From Actinomycetota bacterium (GTDB taxonomy: Bacteria > Actinomycetota > Thermoleophilia > UBA2241): a stretch of 64,000 bases of DNA. Positions within the stretch are counted from its first letter, which is position 1, and the number at the start of each line of letters is the position of its first letter. This document shows positions 45,420 through 56,094 of the stretch, one piece after another. Both the position numbers and the translations under genes were made by a program. The notes beneath the pieces were generated by a model. It did no database searches, was not told the origin of the DNA, and was given only the letters and a program-made list of their open reading frames with translations. The stretch covers positions 6,997-70,996 of the forward strand of contig JAAZAR010000035.1 of NCBI GenBank assembly GCA_012514235.1, in the 5' to 3' direction.

Positions 45420-46628
45420 GTGTTCACCGACTTCTTCTTCCTGCTGCGCGCCTACGGCGTGCCGGTGACGGTCACGGAGTGGCTCGCGCTCATGCGCGGG
45501 CTCGCCATGGGCCTCGCGCCCGCCGGCCTCGACCAGTTCTACGCCGTGGCGCGCAGCGTGCTCGTCAAGAGCGAGGCCTACTTCGACCAGTACGACCAGG
45601 CGTTCGCGCACATGTTCCGCGGCATCGAGACCCCGGCGGAGATCGAGGACGAGGTCTGGGACTGGCTCGCCGATCCTCTGGCCATGCCGGGCCTGAGCGA
45701 CGAGGAGCGCCGGCTGCTGGCCGCCGCGCTCGAGGACCTGGACCTTGAGGCGCTCAAGAAGCTGTTCGAGGAGCGCCTCACGGAACAGACAGAGGCCCAC
45801 CACGGCGGCAGCTACTGGGTGGGCACCGGCGGCACCAGCGCCTTCGGCCACTCCGGCTTCCACCCCGGCGGCATCCGCGTGGGCGGTGAGAGCCGGAGCA
45901 GGTCCGCCGTCAAGGTGGCCGGCGAGCGCCGCTTCCGCGGCTACCGCACGGACCAGGAGGTCGGCGTGCGGCAGTTCGAGCTGGCGCTGCGCCGTCTCCG
46001 CCGGCTCAGCTCCCGCACTGAAGGCGTGCCGGACGAGCTGGACCTCGACGAGACCGTCGAGGAGACGGCGAGCAACGCCGGCCGTCTCAGCCTCGTGTGG
46101 CGCAAGAGCCGCAAGAACGCCGTCAAGGTCCTGCTGCTGATGGACGTCGGCGGCTCCATGCACCCCTACGTCCGCCTCTGCAGCCAGCTCTTCAGCGCCG
46201 TCAACCGCAGCAGCCACTTCAAGGATCTGCGGTTCTACTACTTCCACAACTGCGTCTACGACTGGCTGTACACGAGCACGCGCATGACGTCGTCGGAGGC
46301 GATCTCGACCCGGCGCGTCCTCCAGGGACTGCCAAGCGACTACAAGCTCATCATCGTCGGCGACGCGGCGATGGCACCCAGCGAGCTCATGGCCCGCGAC
46401 GGCATCATCTGGTGGGGCTTCGGCAACGACGAGCCCGGCATCGAGTGGCTCCGGCGTCTGCGTCGCCACTTCGATCACTCCGTGTGGCTCAACACCATCC
46501 CCGAGGCCGACTGGGAGCGAGCCTACGGCAGCGTGACCATCCGCAAGGTGCGCGAGGTCTTCCCCATGTTCGAGCTCACGGTGGACGGACTCACCGCCGC
46601 CACGCGCGCGCTCATGGTCCGCTACTGA
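45420..46628 (+). CDS. VWA-domain protein (CoxE-like, MoxR-associated)
   Basis: 402 aa; VLLLMDVGGSM (MIDAS DxGxS-like). Reads as a CoxE/VWA_CoxE family member. Confidence 0.7.
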   Translation: MFTDFFFLLRAYGVPVTVTEWLALMRGLAMGLAPAGLDQFYAVARSVLVKSEAYFDQYDQAFAHMFRGIETPAEIEDEVWDWLADPLAMPGLSDEERRLLAAALEDLDLEALKKLFEERLTEQTEAHHGGSYWVGTGGTSAFGHSGFHPGGIRVGGESRSRSAVKVAGERRFRGYRTDQEVGVRQFELALRRLRRLSSRTEGVPDELDLDETVEETASNAGRLSLVWRKSRKNAVKVLLLMDVGGSMHPYVRLCSQLFSAVNRSSHFKDLRFYYFHNCVYDWLYTSTRMTSSEAISTRRVLQGLPSDYKLIIVGDAAMAPSELMARDGIIWWGFGNDEPGIEWLRRLRRHFDHSVWLNTIPEADWERAYGSVTIRKVREVFPMFELTVDGLTAATRALMVRY

Positions 46629-46763
46629 ACCACCCGGTCAAGAGGGGCGTCCCTCTTCAGGGCCGCGCCCGGCGCAGCGGATCCCGTGCCCTCGGTCAGG
46701 TGACCGACGACGAACGTCCCATGCGGACCGGACCGCCCTCTGTCGATACTCAGGCTGGCGACC

Positions 46764-48413
<1,650 letters not shown>

Positions 48414-48459
48414 GCCGCAGTCGCGGTACACGGCCGCGGCTCGGCCGCGCTCCGGCGGC

Positions 48460-50244
48460 TCAGCCCTTGTCGCCCAGGCAGTACAGCCAGCCGTCGCGAC
48501 AGCCGATGTAGACGCGTCCGTCCCACAGCGTCGGCGTGGACTCGAACGCCGCCTCGGCGAAGAACTGATCGCGTTCCTCGAGCGTCACCGTCCAGTACGT
48601 GCCGTCGCCGTTGGCGCTCGGCAGCGCCCCGTCGTCGCCCTTCTCGGCCTCGTCGTACCGGACGTTGAAGAGGTGGACGCGCTGGTCGTAGCCTGCGGCC
48701 ACCAGCGCGTCCCCCAACAGGATCGGGGTGGAGATGGCGCCCCCGTTCCAGATCTTCGCCACCTGCACGGGACGCGGCAGCCTGGGGCCGCGGTCCGGCC
48801 CCGGCACGGTCTCGTCGCTCATCACGTCCCGCGCGACCACGTACAGGTACCCGTCGATGGCGCTGAAGGCGCAGAGGGCCGGGTACCGCCCGTCGGGGTT
48901 GTAGGCGTCGTTCACGCTCGCCGAGCCGACGATGCCGCCTGCCCAGTCGCCGACCTTGCGGTTCTCGGTCGGGAAGTACCACACCGCCGCCTCGGCCGCC
49001 GGCTTGCTCGGGTCGAGCGCCAGCATCCCGCCCTTGCCCTTGATGTACTGCTTCTCCACAGCCTGGAGCAGGAGGCCGTCGCTCGTGGGCACAGGCGTGC
49101 CGTCGAGGTCGGAGCCGATGTGGTAGCCCCAGACGACCTTGAGGTCGGGGCGCCGGAGCCCGTAGACGTGACCGGCGCCGGATGCGACGTACAGGGTCGT
49201 GCCGACGGCCGACGGCGACGACTCGAGGACCAGGTCGCCGTCATGACTGGCAGCGCGCCGGTCGCCGAGCAGCAGCCTCTCGGCCTCGACGACCGGCTTC
49301 TTGCCCTCGGCCCACTCCTGCGTCGTGAGCGGGTCGAGGGCGTAGAACCACCCGCTCTCGACCCCGAGGTAGTACGTGCCGTCGAAGAAGAAGCCGCTGC
49401 CGTCGCAGTCGCGGCTGTAGCAGTCGGTCTGCGGCACCGGCAGGCGCCAGAGCTCCTTGCCGGTGCCGAACGTCACCGCCCGGACCGGGGCCACGCGCGG
49501 ATCGTCCAGCTTGTAGGGATAGCCGCGCCGCGACCCCGCGACGACGATGTACTTGTCGTCGCGGCCACTCGGCGCGGGGTTCTCGAACACTGTCGGGCTG
49601 CCCTTGATGATGTCGTCGAACTGGTACGCCCAGACGACCTTGCCGGTCTCCGCGTCGATCTTGCGCAGCTTGTACTCGTAGGAGCTCGCGATGACGTAGG
49701 TCTTGCCGCCGTCGACCACGATGCCGGGCTGGCCGGTCCAGCCGCTGCCGGCCCACTTGCTCGGCGGGTCCTCCTCGTACTTGCCCGAGCTCCACCCGCT
49801 CCCCAGCCTGACCTTCCAGATGACGTCCAGACGGTTCGGCGCCGGTCCCTGCCCGTAGTACCGGCGCCCGTAGTTACCGAGGAAGGTGCCGACCTTGACG
49901 CCGTCGCCGGCCACCTGCGGCGCCGGCGGCGCCGGCACGGGCCGGGCCTCCGCCGACCGCGCGCCCTCTCCGTCTCCGCCCCCGCAGCCGCCGCAGGCGG
50001 CGACGCGCCACGCGATCAGGACCGCGACGAGGATGAGCACGAGAAGCGCGACGCCGCGCCGGCGCCGCAGCTGGCGCTGGCGCTTGGCTGAGCGGCGGCG
50101 CGGCGGCCGCCGGTCCTGTCCGGCCGACGTCACGATGGCGCGACCATACACCACCGGGCGCCGGGATGCCCGACGCGAGATCAGGGCGGTTGCGTGGATG
50201 CTCGAGTGAGGCTGCGTCGCACTGCCCTGCCGTCCGCGCGTCAT
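48460..50244 (-). CDS. Membrane-anchored PQQ-like beta-propeller repeat protein
   Basis: Arg-rich cytoplasmic tail, one TM helix (VALLVLILVAVLIAWRVAA), then repeated beta-propeller blades (GKVVWAYQFDD..., YVIASSYEY...). Start is uncertain because the first ATG coincides with the divergent M42 peptidase start. Confidence 0.55.
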   Translation of the reverse strand: MTRGRQGSATQPHSSIHATALISRRASRRPVVYGRAIVTSAGQDRRPPRRRSAKRQRQLRRRRGVALLVLILVAVLIAWRVAACGGCGGGDGEGARSAEARPVPAPPAPQVAGDGVKVGTFLGNYGRRYYGQGPAPNRLDVIWKVRLGSGWSSGKYEEDPPSKWAGSGWTGQPGIVVDGGKTYVIASSYEYKLRKIDAETGKVVWAYQFDDIIKGSPTVFENPAPSGRDDKYIVVAGSRRGYPYKLDDPRVAPVRAVTFGTGKELWRLPVPQTDCYSRDCDGSGFFFDGTYYLGVESGWFYALDPLTTQEWAEGKKPVVEAERLLLGDRRAASHDGDLVLESSPSAVGTTLYVASGAGHVYGLRRPDLKVVWGYHIGSDLDGTPVPTSDGLLLQAVEKQYIKGKGGMLALDPSKPAAEAAVWYFPTENRKVGDWAGGIVGSASVNDAYNPDGRYPALCAFSAIDGYLYVVARDVMSDETVPGPDRGPRLPRPVQVAKIWNGGAISTPILLGDALVAAGYDQRVHLFNVRYDEAEKGDDGALPSANGDGTYWTVTLEERDQFFAEAAFESTPTLWDGRVYIGCRDGWLYCLGDKG

Positions 50245-50339
50245 CGGCGTCGGATGCCCAGCCCCTCCGAAGGGGGTAGGATGCGTGGGCCGGCCGGCGC
50301 AGCCGCGCCGGCGCCCACACACGAGACCCGGGAGGACCA

Positions 50340-51407
50340 ATGGCGACCGACCTCGACCTTCTGCGCGACCTCTGCGCCGCCCCTGCTCCCACCGGGTTCG
50401 AGGCCGCCGTCCAGGACCTGGTACGCGCCCGCCTCTCCGCCAGCACGGAACCGCAGGGGGACCCGCTGGGCAACGTCTGGGGCACGGTCGCGGGTGAGAG
50501 CGCCCCGAACGTCGTCGTCACCGCCCATGCCGACCAGATCGGCCTCATCGTCACCTACGTGGACGAGAACGGGTTCGTCTCCTACGACAAGATCGGCGGC
50601 GTCGACCCGCAGCTCCTCCCCGGCCGCAACCTCATCGTCCACGGTGCCGGCGGGCCGGTGAACGGCGTCGTCGGCCGCAAGCCGTCCCACAAGATGAGCA
50701 AGGAGGAACGCGCCAAAGCTCCGGAGCTCAGCGACCAGTGGCTCGACCTTGGCTGTTCCTCCCGCGACGAGGCGCTCGGGCTGGTGCAGATCGGCGATGC
50801 CATCACGTTCCCGCCCAACTTCCTCGAGCTGGCCGGCGGCCGCTACGCATCGCCGGCCTTCGACAACCGCGCCGGCGTGTACGTCTGCCTGCGCGCCCTG
50901 GAGCACTATGCCGAGGCCAGAGCGGCAGCCGATCTCACAGCGCTGCTCACGGTCCACGAGGAGACCACGTTCATGGGCGCCAAGTCGATGGCCATCCGCT
51001 GGCAGCCGGACATCGTCATCGTGGTGGACGTCGACTTCGCCAGCGACGACCCGGGGCTTGACGCCAAGAAGCTCGGCGGCGAGGTCAAGCTCGGCGCCGG
51101 ACCGGTGATCCACCGCGGCGCCGCCGGCAACCTCGTCCTCACCGACCTCGCCGTCCAGGTCGCGAAGGACGAGGGCATCCCGGTGCAGGTCAAGGCCATG
51201 CCGGGCGCCACGTCCACGGACGCCGAGGAGCTCATGGCCGCCGGGAGCGCCGCCACCCTTTCGTTCAGCATCCCCGTGCGCAACATGCACTCGGCGTTCG
51301 AGGTGATGCAGCCGGACGACGCGGAGGCCGGCGCCCGACTGGCGGCGGCCGTCATCCGCAAGGTCTCCGAGGACTGGGAGCCCGGCCGGTTCGTCCCGCG
51401 CGTCTGA
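50340..51407 (+). CDS. M42-family aminopeptidase (FrvX/CelM-like)
   Basis: 355 aa; HADQIGLIV, DNRAGV and HEETTFMG metal-ligand blocks typical of M42 peptidases. Confidence 0.75.
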   Translation: MATDLDLLRDLCAAPAPTGFEAAVQDLVRARLSASTEPQGDPLGNVWGTVAGESAPNVVVTAHADQIGLIVTYVDENGFVSYDKIGGVDPQLLPGRNLIVHGAGGPVNGVVGRKPSHKMSKEERAKAPELSDQWLDLGCSSRDEALGLVQIGDAITFPPNFLELAGGRYASPAFDNRAGVYVCLRALEHYAEARAAADLTALLTVHEETTFMGAKSMAIRWQPDIVIVVDVDFASDDPGLDAKKLGGEVKLGAGPVIHRGAAGNLVLTDLAVQVAKDEGIPVQVKAMPGATSTDAEELMAAGSAATLSFSIPVRNMHSAFEVMQPDDAEAGARLAAAVIRKVSEDWEPGRFVPRV

Positions 51408-51423
51408 GCCGTCGCGCGCTCCG

Positions 51424-52557
51424 TCAGCGCGGAGCGGCATCCGGCCGGGTGGCGAGCGGCGGCGGCGCCATCGCCACGTCCGGGCCGGTGAGCGCAGACG
51501 CCAGCCGGCGCGCCATCTCCGGCTGCCACTTGAGGCGCGCCGGGGCCAGCAGGTGGAAGAGGTCGGCGAAGTCGTGGTCAGTGAGGTCGACCTCGATGCG
51601 CGGGTACGGCACGCCGTAGCGGGCCGCCAGCTCGCGGGCGCGCTTCTGGTAGGCCGGCACGACCCCGTTCCAGTCCGGGCCGGCCGCCGATGCGTTGAGC
51701 GGCTGGTCGTACAGCACCACGTCGAACCCGCGCTCCTCCGCGAGCTTGAGGATCTCCTCGAGCATCGCGAAGTTGTAGTCGGCGTGCTTGCGGTACAGGA
51801 TGACGTCCTTCTGCAGCACGTACAGCACGTTGCGGCGCTTGCCGAGCTGCGTGTGTCCCTTCGCACCCCAGGGGTAGTAGTGCGTCTCGTACTCGATCGG
51901 AGTACCCCACAGCTTGCCGGTGGCGGCCCGCTCCTTGAGGTACGTGCCCACGTAGTCGAAGATGCCCGGGATCTGCCCCGTCACCGGGACCGTCCTGCCG
52001 AAGTACCGCGGCCCCAACTGCGCCAGCCGCGGGCTGCGCACGAGCAGCGTGTGGCCGCTGAGCATCTGCGCGTCGCGACCCGGAGAGCCGGTGACCCGGA
52101 TCGGGGCCAGGCCGATGGCGAGCGTGGCCGGACCCGGCGGCAGGTTGTCGACCAGCGCCAGCGTCATCGCCATGCTCTGCTGGTGGGCGGCGAGGCTCAC
52201 GACCCGGACGGGCTCCCCCGCCTCGCGGCTGATCGCGGCGCCGAGCGAGGCCTCGCTGACGAAGCACTCCATGGTGCCGGAGCCGCCGAAGAGGTACACC
52301 GTGCGCGTCTGCGGCGGCTCCTTGTTGAGTTCCTGCACACGCACCGAGACGTGCACGTAGTCGTCGTGCGTGATGCGCAGCAGACGGCCCTCCTGCACGA
52401 GGGTGAGGCCGCCGCCGAAGAGCAGCGCTTGCGCGCCGAAGAGGGCGGCGGCGGCGAGCGCCGCAGCCGCGACCAGCACAAGCGGACTGCGCTGGCGGAA
52501 CCCGAGCCTGAAGGATCGCCGGCGGTGAGCGCCCTCTACGTCACGCACACTCATCAT
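51424..52557 (-). CDS. DltD-like / SGNH-like membrane-anchored protein, paralog 3
   Basis: N-terminal TM anchor (SPLVLVAAAALAAAALF), FGGSGTMECFVS (SGNH block-I-like Ser), DNLPPGP and a C-terminal YGVPYP...DLTDHDFADLFHLL (DxxH). Paralogous to 53938..55008 and 55008..56078. Confidence 0.55.
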   Translation of the reverse strand: MMSVRDVEGAHRRRSFRLGFRQRSPLVLVAAAALAAAALFGAQALLFGGGLTLVQEGRLLRITHDDYVHVSVRVQELNKEPPQTRTVYLFGGSGTMECFVSEASLGAAISREAGEPVRVVSLAAHQQSMAMTLALVDNLPPGPATLAIGLAPIRVTGSPGRDAQMLSGHTLLVRSPRLAQLGPRYFGRTVPVTGQIPGIFDYVGTYLKERAATGKLWGTPIEYETHYYPWGAKGHTQLGKRRNVLYVLQKDVILYRKHADYNFAMLEEILKLAEERGFDVVLYDQPLNASAAGPDWNGVVPAYQKRARELAARYGVPYPRIEVDLTDHDFADLFHLLAPARLKWQPEMARRLASALTGPDVAMAPPPLATRPDAAPR

Positions 52558-52609
52558 CCTCGCTGGACCGTCTCCCACATGGTGTCACAGGTCCGACGCC
52601 GAGGCGCCT

Positions 52610-53941
52610 TCAGGGGTCACGACGAGGGCTCTGGCTGCGCCAGAGGCGCGCGACCGCGACGACCAGGACGAGGGCGAGCGCGACGGCGGCCGCGACGAGC
52701 AGCACGCCGGGAGCCTGCTGCAGAGGCAGCCGGAAGACGTTGTACGCGATCTTCAGACCCTGCTCGAAGCTGGCCGTGGAGACGAAGGCGTAGCCCAGGG
52801 CCACGTACAGGAAGGTCACCGGGTACCCCAGCCACTTCGTGTACCGTTCGTAGCTCGCCGCCGGCGGGAGGCCCGCCTTCTTGCGCTTCTTGCGGCGGGC
52901 CCTCTTCCACCGCTCCCAGCGAGCCACGACGACGAGTCCGGTGCCGTGCCAGAGTCCCCAGAACGTCCAGTTCAGGTCGACCGCGTGCCACAAGCCCATC
53001 ACCAGCATGCTCGCGTACAGGCCCAGCCACGTCTTGCGCGTCAGGCCGAACACCGGGAAGTAGACGTTGTTGCGCACCCAGGTGCTGAGCGAGATGTGCC
53101 AGCTGTGCCAGAAGTCGCTGAGGTTCTTCTGCCAGAACGGGAAGTGGAAGTTCTCCATGATGCGGAACCCGAACAGGCGCGAGAAGCCGACGGCGAGATC
53201 CGTGTACGCCGAGAGGTCGAAGTAGGCGCGCACGAAGACGATGATGCAGTAGGCGAGGGGCCACCACCACGCCACCTCGTTCGCGTTGAAGTCCGTGCGT
53301 CCGATGGTCGAGGTGATGTCGCCGAAGAAGATCGGGAACATGAAGTCGACCACGAAGACCTTCTTGAAGTAGCCGAGGGCGATGCGCCGCACGCCGTAGT
53401 AGAACTCCTGGCGGTCGAAGCCGACGGTGCGCTTCTCGTAGAAGCCCTGGTAGGTCTCGAGCGGCCCCGCCGGGAATGTGGGGATCCACATGATGAAGGC
53501 GGCCAGCCGCAGCAGGTCGTTCTCCTTGATCACGCCGCGCGCGCAGTCGAACACGTACTGCAGCATGCGGAAGACGAAGTAGCTGATGCCGAGCGGCATG
53601 ATGAGGTGAGTGACCACCCAGTCGCCCTCGTTCCAGAACACGAGGGCGCCGTCGCGTCCGTACTTGCCGATCCCGAGGGTCACCAGCGCGAGGACCACCG
53701 CGATGAGGACGGTCCTCGCGCCGCGCAGCTTCTGACGGCGCATGGCCTCGACCAGCTGGTGCGTGACCACCACGAGGCCCAGGGCGATGCCGGCGAAGAT
53801 CGGATGCAGCGCCGCCAGCACGCCCACGCTCACCACCAGCATGAAGACCAACCGGTGCGTTTCCTTGCGCAGCAGCAGCCAGAACGCCAGCAGCGAGAAG
53901 ACCACTACCGGGATCAGGTACAGCGTGAAGTAGATCTTCAC
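52610..53941 (-). CDS. MBOAT-family membrane O-acyltransferase (DltB/AlgI-like)
   Basis: 443 aa and about 11 TM helices. Conserved MBOAT histidine region FWHSWHISLSTWVRNNVY. Its GTG start overlaps the stop of the upstream DltD-like gene. Confidence 0.8.
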   Translation of the reverse strand: MKIYFTLYLIPVVVFSLLAFWLLLRKETHRLVFMLVVSVGVLAALHPIFAGIALGLVVVTHQLVEAMRRQKLRGARTVLIAVVLALVTLGIGKYGRDGALVFWNEGDWVVTHLIMPLGISYFVFRMLQYVFDCARGVIKENDLLRLAAFIMWIPTFPAGPLETYQGFYEKRTVGFDRQEFYYGVRRIALGYFKKVFVVDFMFPIFFGDITSTIGRTDFNANEVAWWWPLAYCIIVFVRAYFDLSAYTDLAVGFSRLFGFRIMENFHFPFWQKNLSDFWHSWHISLSTWVRNNVYFPVFGLTRKTWLGLYASMLVMGLWHAVDLNWTFWGLWHGTGLVVVARWERWKRARRKKRKKAGLPPAASYERYTKWLGYPVTFLYVALGYAFVSTASFEQGLKIAYNVFRLPLQQAPGVLLVAAAVALALVLVVAVARLWRSQSPRRDP

Positions 53942-55008
53942 CCGCCACTCCCTCCAGATTCGGCGGCATTGAGGAGCGGTACGAGCTCCCTCGCCAGTGC
54001 ATGTTGCCAGATGACGCGCCCGGGCGCGATGAGGTGCGAGAGGTCCTGGAAGTCACGGCTGGGGATGTCGACCGTCTCGTTGAGGTCGATGTACGGATAG
54101 CCGTACTCGTCCGCCAGCTTGGCGACCGGGATCTTGTACTTGCGCTGCGACGAGACGAAGGCGTCCTTCACGATCTCCTTGTTGAGCGGCAGCTCGAGAA
54201 GCACGACGTTCACGCCCCGCTCCCTGACCTTCCGCAACAGCTCCTCGAGCATCTGGAGATTGGCGACGCGGTTGCGCTCGAAGACGGGCTTGCGGCTCGT
54301 GTTCCATCTCTTCACGAGCCGCCTCTTGTGACCGTCCGAGCGCCGCGTCTTCTCCGAGTAGCGGTGCAGCTCGTACTCGGTGCTCGGCGTTCGACCGTCA
54401 AGCAGCGACCCGCCGTGCTTGCGCATCCAGTCGGTGACGTAGGCCCAGATGCCCGGCAGGATGGTGAACTGGTACTTCTCCAGGCCCCAGCGCGACGACA
54501 CGAACGACCGCACCGCGTCGCTCTTCAGCAGGAACTCGCGCCCCTGGCCCTGCTCCGCGTTCTCCTCCCTCGTCGCCGTGAAGCGGCCGAGGTTCACCCC
54601 CAGGAGCAGCCAGGCCGGCGTGTCCGGCGCGCTCTCCAGCACGCTGAGGCTCTCGGCGAAGTTCTGGTTGATCGAGCCGAGGTTGTAGACGGCGACGCGG
54701 GGGCCGCCGAGTCCTTCGATCTCGGCGGCGAGCGCGTCGCCGCTCACGATGCTCTCGCGCGCGCTCGAGCCGCCGACCAGATAGAGGCCCGGCATGTCGG
54801 GCTTGTCCTGCCGGGCCCTGCCCACCTGCCAGGAGACGTAGGTGAACGAGTCCTCCGGGTTGCGCAGAGCGGTGTCCAGTGGGACCACGGTCCAGGCACC
54901 GCTCGTGAACAGCCACTCGAAGCCCAGGAGCGCCGGCACGAGCAGGAACGCCGCCGCGATCAGGACGAGCGGATGGCGGTTGCGGAACCCGCGGCCGAAG
55001 GCGCTCAT
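53938..55008 (-). CDS. DltD-like / SGNH-like membrane-anchored protein, paralog 2
   Basis: Start at ATG 55008 (MSAFGRGFRNRHPLVLIAAAFLLVPALLGF...), overlapping the stop of paralog 1 (ATGA). Carries LVGGSSARESIVS, ESAPDTPAWLLLGVNLGRF and YGYPYIDLNETVDIPSRDFQDLSHL. Confidence 0.55.
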   Translation of the reverse strand: MSAFGRGFRNRHPLVLIAAAFLLVPALLGFEWLFTSGAWTVVPLDTALRNPEDSFTYVSWQVGRARQDKPDMPGLYLVGGSSARESIVSGDALAAEIEGLGGPRVAVYNLGSINQNFAESLSVLESAPDTPAWLLLGVNLGRFTATREENAEQGQGREFLLKSDAVRSFVSSRWGLEKYQFTILPGIWAYVTDWMRKHGGSLLDGRTPSTEYELHRYSEKTRRSDGHKRRLVKRWNTSRKPVFERNRVANLQMLEELLRKVRERGVNVVLLELPLNKEIVKDAFVSSQRKYKIPVAKLADEYGYPYIDLNETVDIPSRDFQDLSHLIAPGRVIWQHALARELVPLLNAAESGGSGG

Positions 55009-56078
55009 CAGAGCTCCGTCCTCAGCGTGCCGTCCGCATACAGCGCCGCCAGCCGTCGTGCGAGCTCGGCTTGCCACGCAGCCCGCCCCGCCGGCCGCAG
55101 GTGCGAGAGGTCGAGGAAGTCCTCACTCGGGATGTCGACCTCGTCGTTGAAGTCCAGGTACGGCACGCCGTAGCGCTCGGCGATGGCCGCCGTCCGCGCC
55201 CGGTAGGCGGCCATCGCCTCGTCGAAGGCGTCGCCGACGACCTCCCGGTTCCAGGGCAGCTCGACGATGACGATGTCGAGACCCCGGCGCTTGCCCTCGG
55301 CGACGAGCCCTTCGAGCATCTCTGCGTCGAACTCGTGCACCTTGCGGAACGCCGGATAGTACCTGGTCAGCCACTTCTGCACGAGCTCGCGTTTCCGCTC
55401 GTCGGAGAGGGTCTTGCGCCCGTCGAAGGGGTGCGGCTTGTACGGCCGGGCGTGCAGGCGGCCCTTGTACAGGAGGTCCTTCTCGCGCTGCTGCAGATAC
55501 GACGTCAGGGCCGAGAAGATGCCGGGCAGGATCGTGTACGAGTGCGCGTGCTCGCCCGAGTAGTCCGTGACCCAGCGGCGCAGCGAGTCGCTCTGGAGCA
55601 GCAGCTCGCGCCCGATGACCTGGTTGTAGTTGCTCTTCGGGCTGGTGGTGAAGCGGCCGAGGTTCACGCCGACCAGCACCGTGGTCGGCGTGTCGGGCAG
55701 GTTGTCGACGATCGCCCAGCTCTGCGCGTAGCGCTGCATCCGGGAGCTGAGGTTGCGGGCCGTGACCGTCGGGCCGCCCTCCGCCTGGATCGAGCGCGCC
55801 AGCGACGGGCCGCTGACGATAGCCTCGCGGCCGCTCGACCCGCCCAGGAGGACCACGAGCGGGGTGCTGGGCGGGTCCTGCTTGAGCCGGCCGACCATCC
55901 AGGAGACGACCATGTAGTCGTCGGTCGAGGTGCGCACCCAGCGCTGCACGGGTACGGCGCTCCAGGCGCCGCTCGTGAACCAGCTCTGAAGACCGAGAAG
56001 CGCCGGCACGAGGAGCGCCAGCGCCACGACGAGCACCAGGGGGTGTCTGTTGCGCAGGCCCCTGCGGAAGCTGTTCAC
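55008..56078 (-). CDS. DltD-like / SGNH-like membrane-anchored protein, paralog 1
   Basis: MNSFRRGLRNRHPLVLVVALALLVPALLGL (TM anchor), LLGGSSGREAIVS, DNLPDTPTTVLVGVNLGRF and YGVPYLDFNDEVDIPSEDFLDLSHL. About 35-40% identity to paralog 2 by eye. Confidence 0.55.
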   Translation of the reverse strand: MNSFRRGLRNRHPLVLVVALALLVPALLGLQSWFTSGAWSAVPVQRWVRTSTDDYMVVSWMVGRLKQDPPSTPLVVLLGGSSGREAIVSGPSLARSIQAEGGPTVTARNLSSRMQRYAQSWAIVDNLPDTPTTVLVGVNLGRFTTSPKSNYNQVIGRELLLQSDSLRRWVTDYSGEHAHSYTILPGIFSALTSYLQQREKDLLYKGRLHARPYKPHPFDGRKTLSDERKRELVQKWLTRYYPAFRKVHEFDAEMLEGLVAEGKRRGLDIVIVELPWNREVVGDAFDEAMAAYRARTAAIAERYGVPYLDFNDEVDIPSEDFLDLSHLRPAGRAAWQAELARRLAALYADGTLRTEL

Positions 56079-56094
56079 ACCCGCTCCCCGGGGG

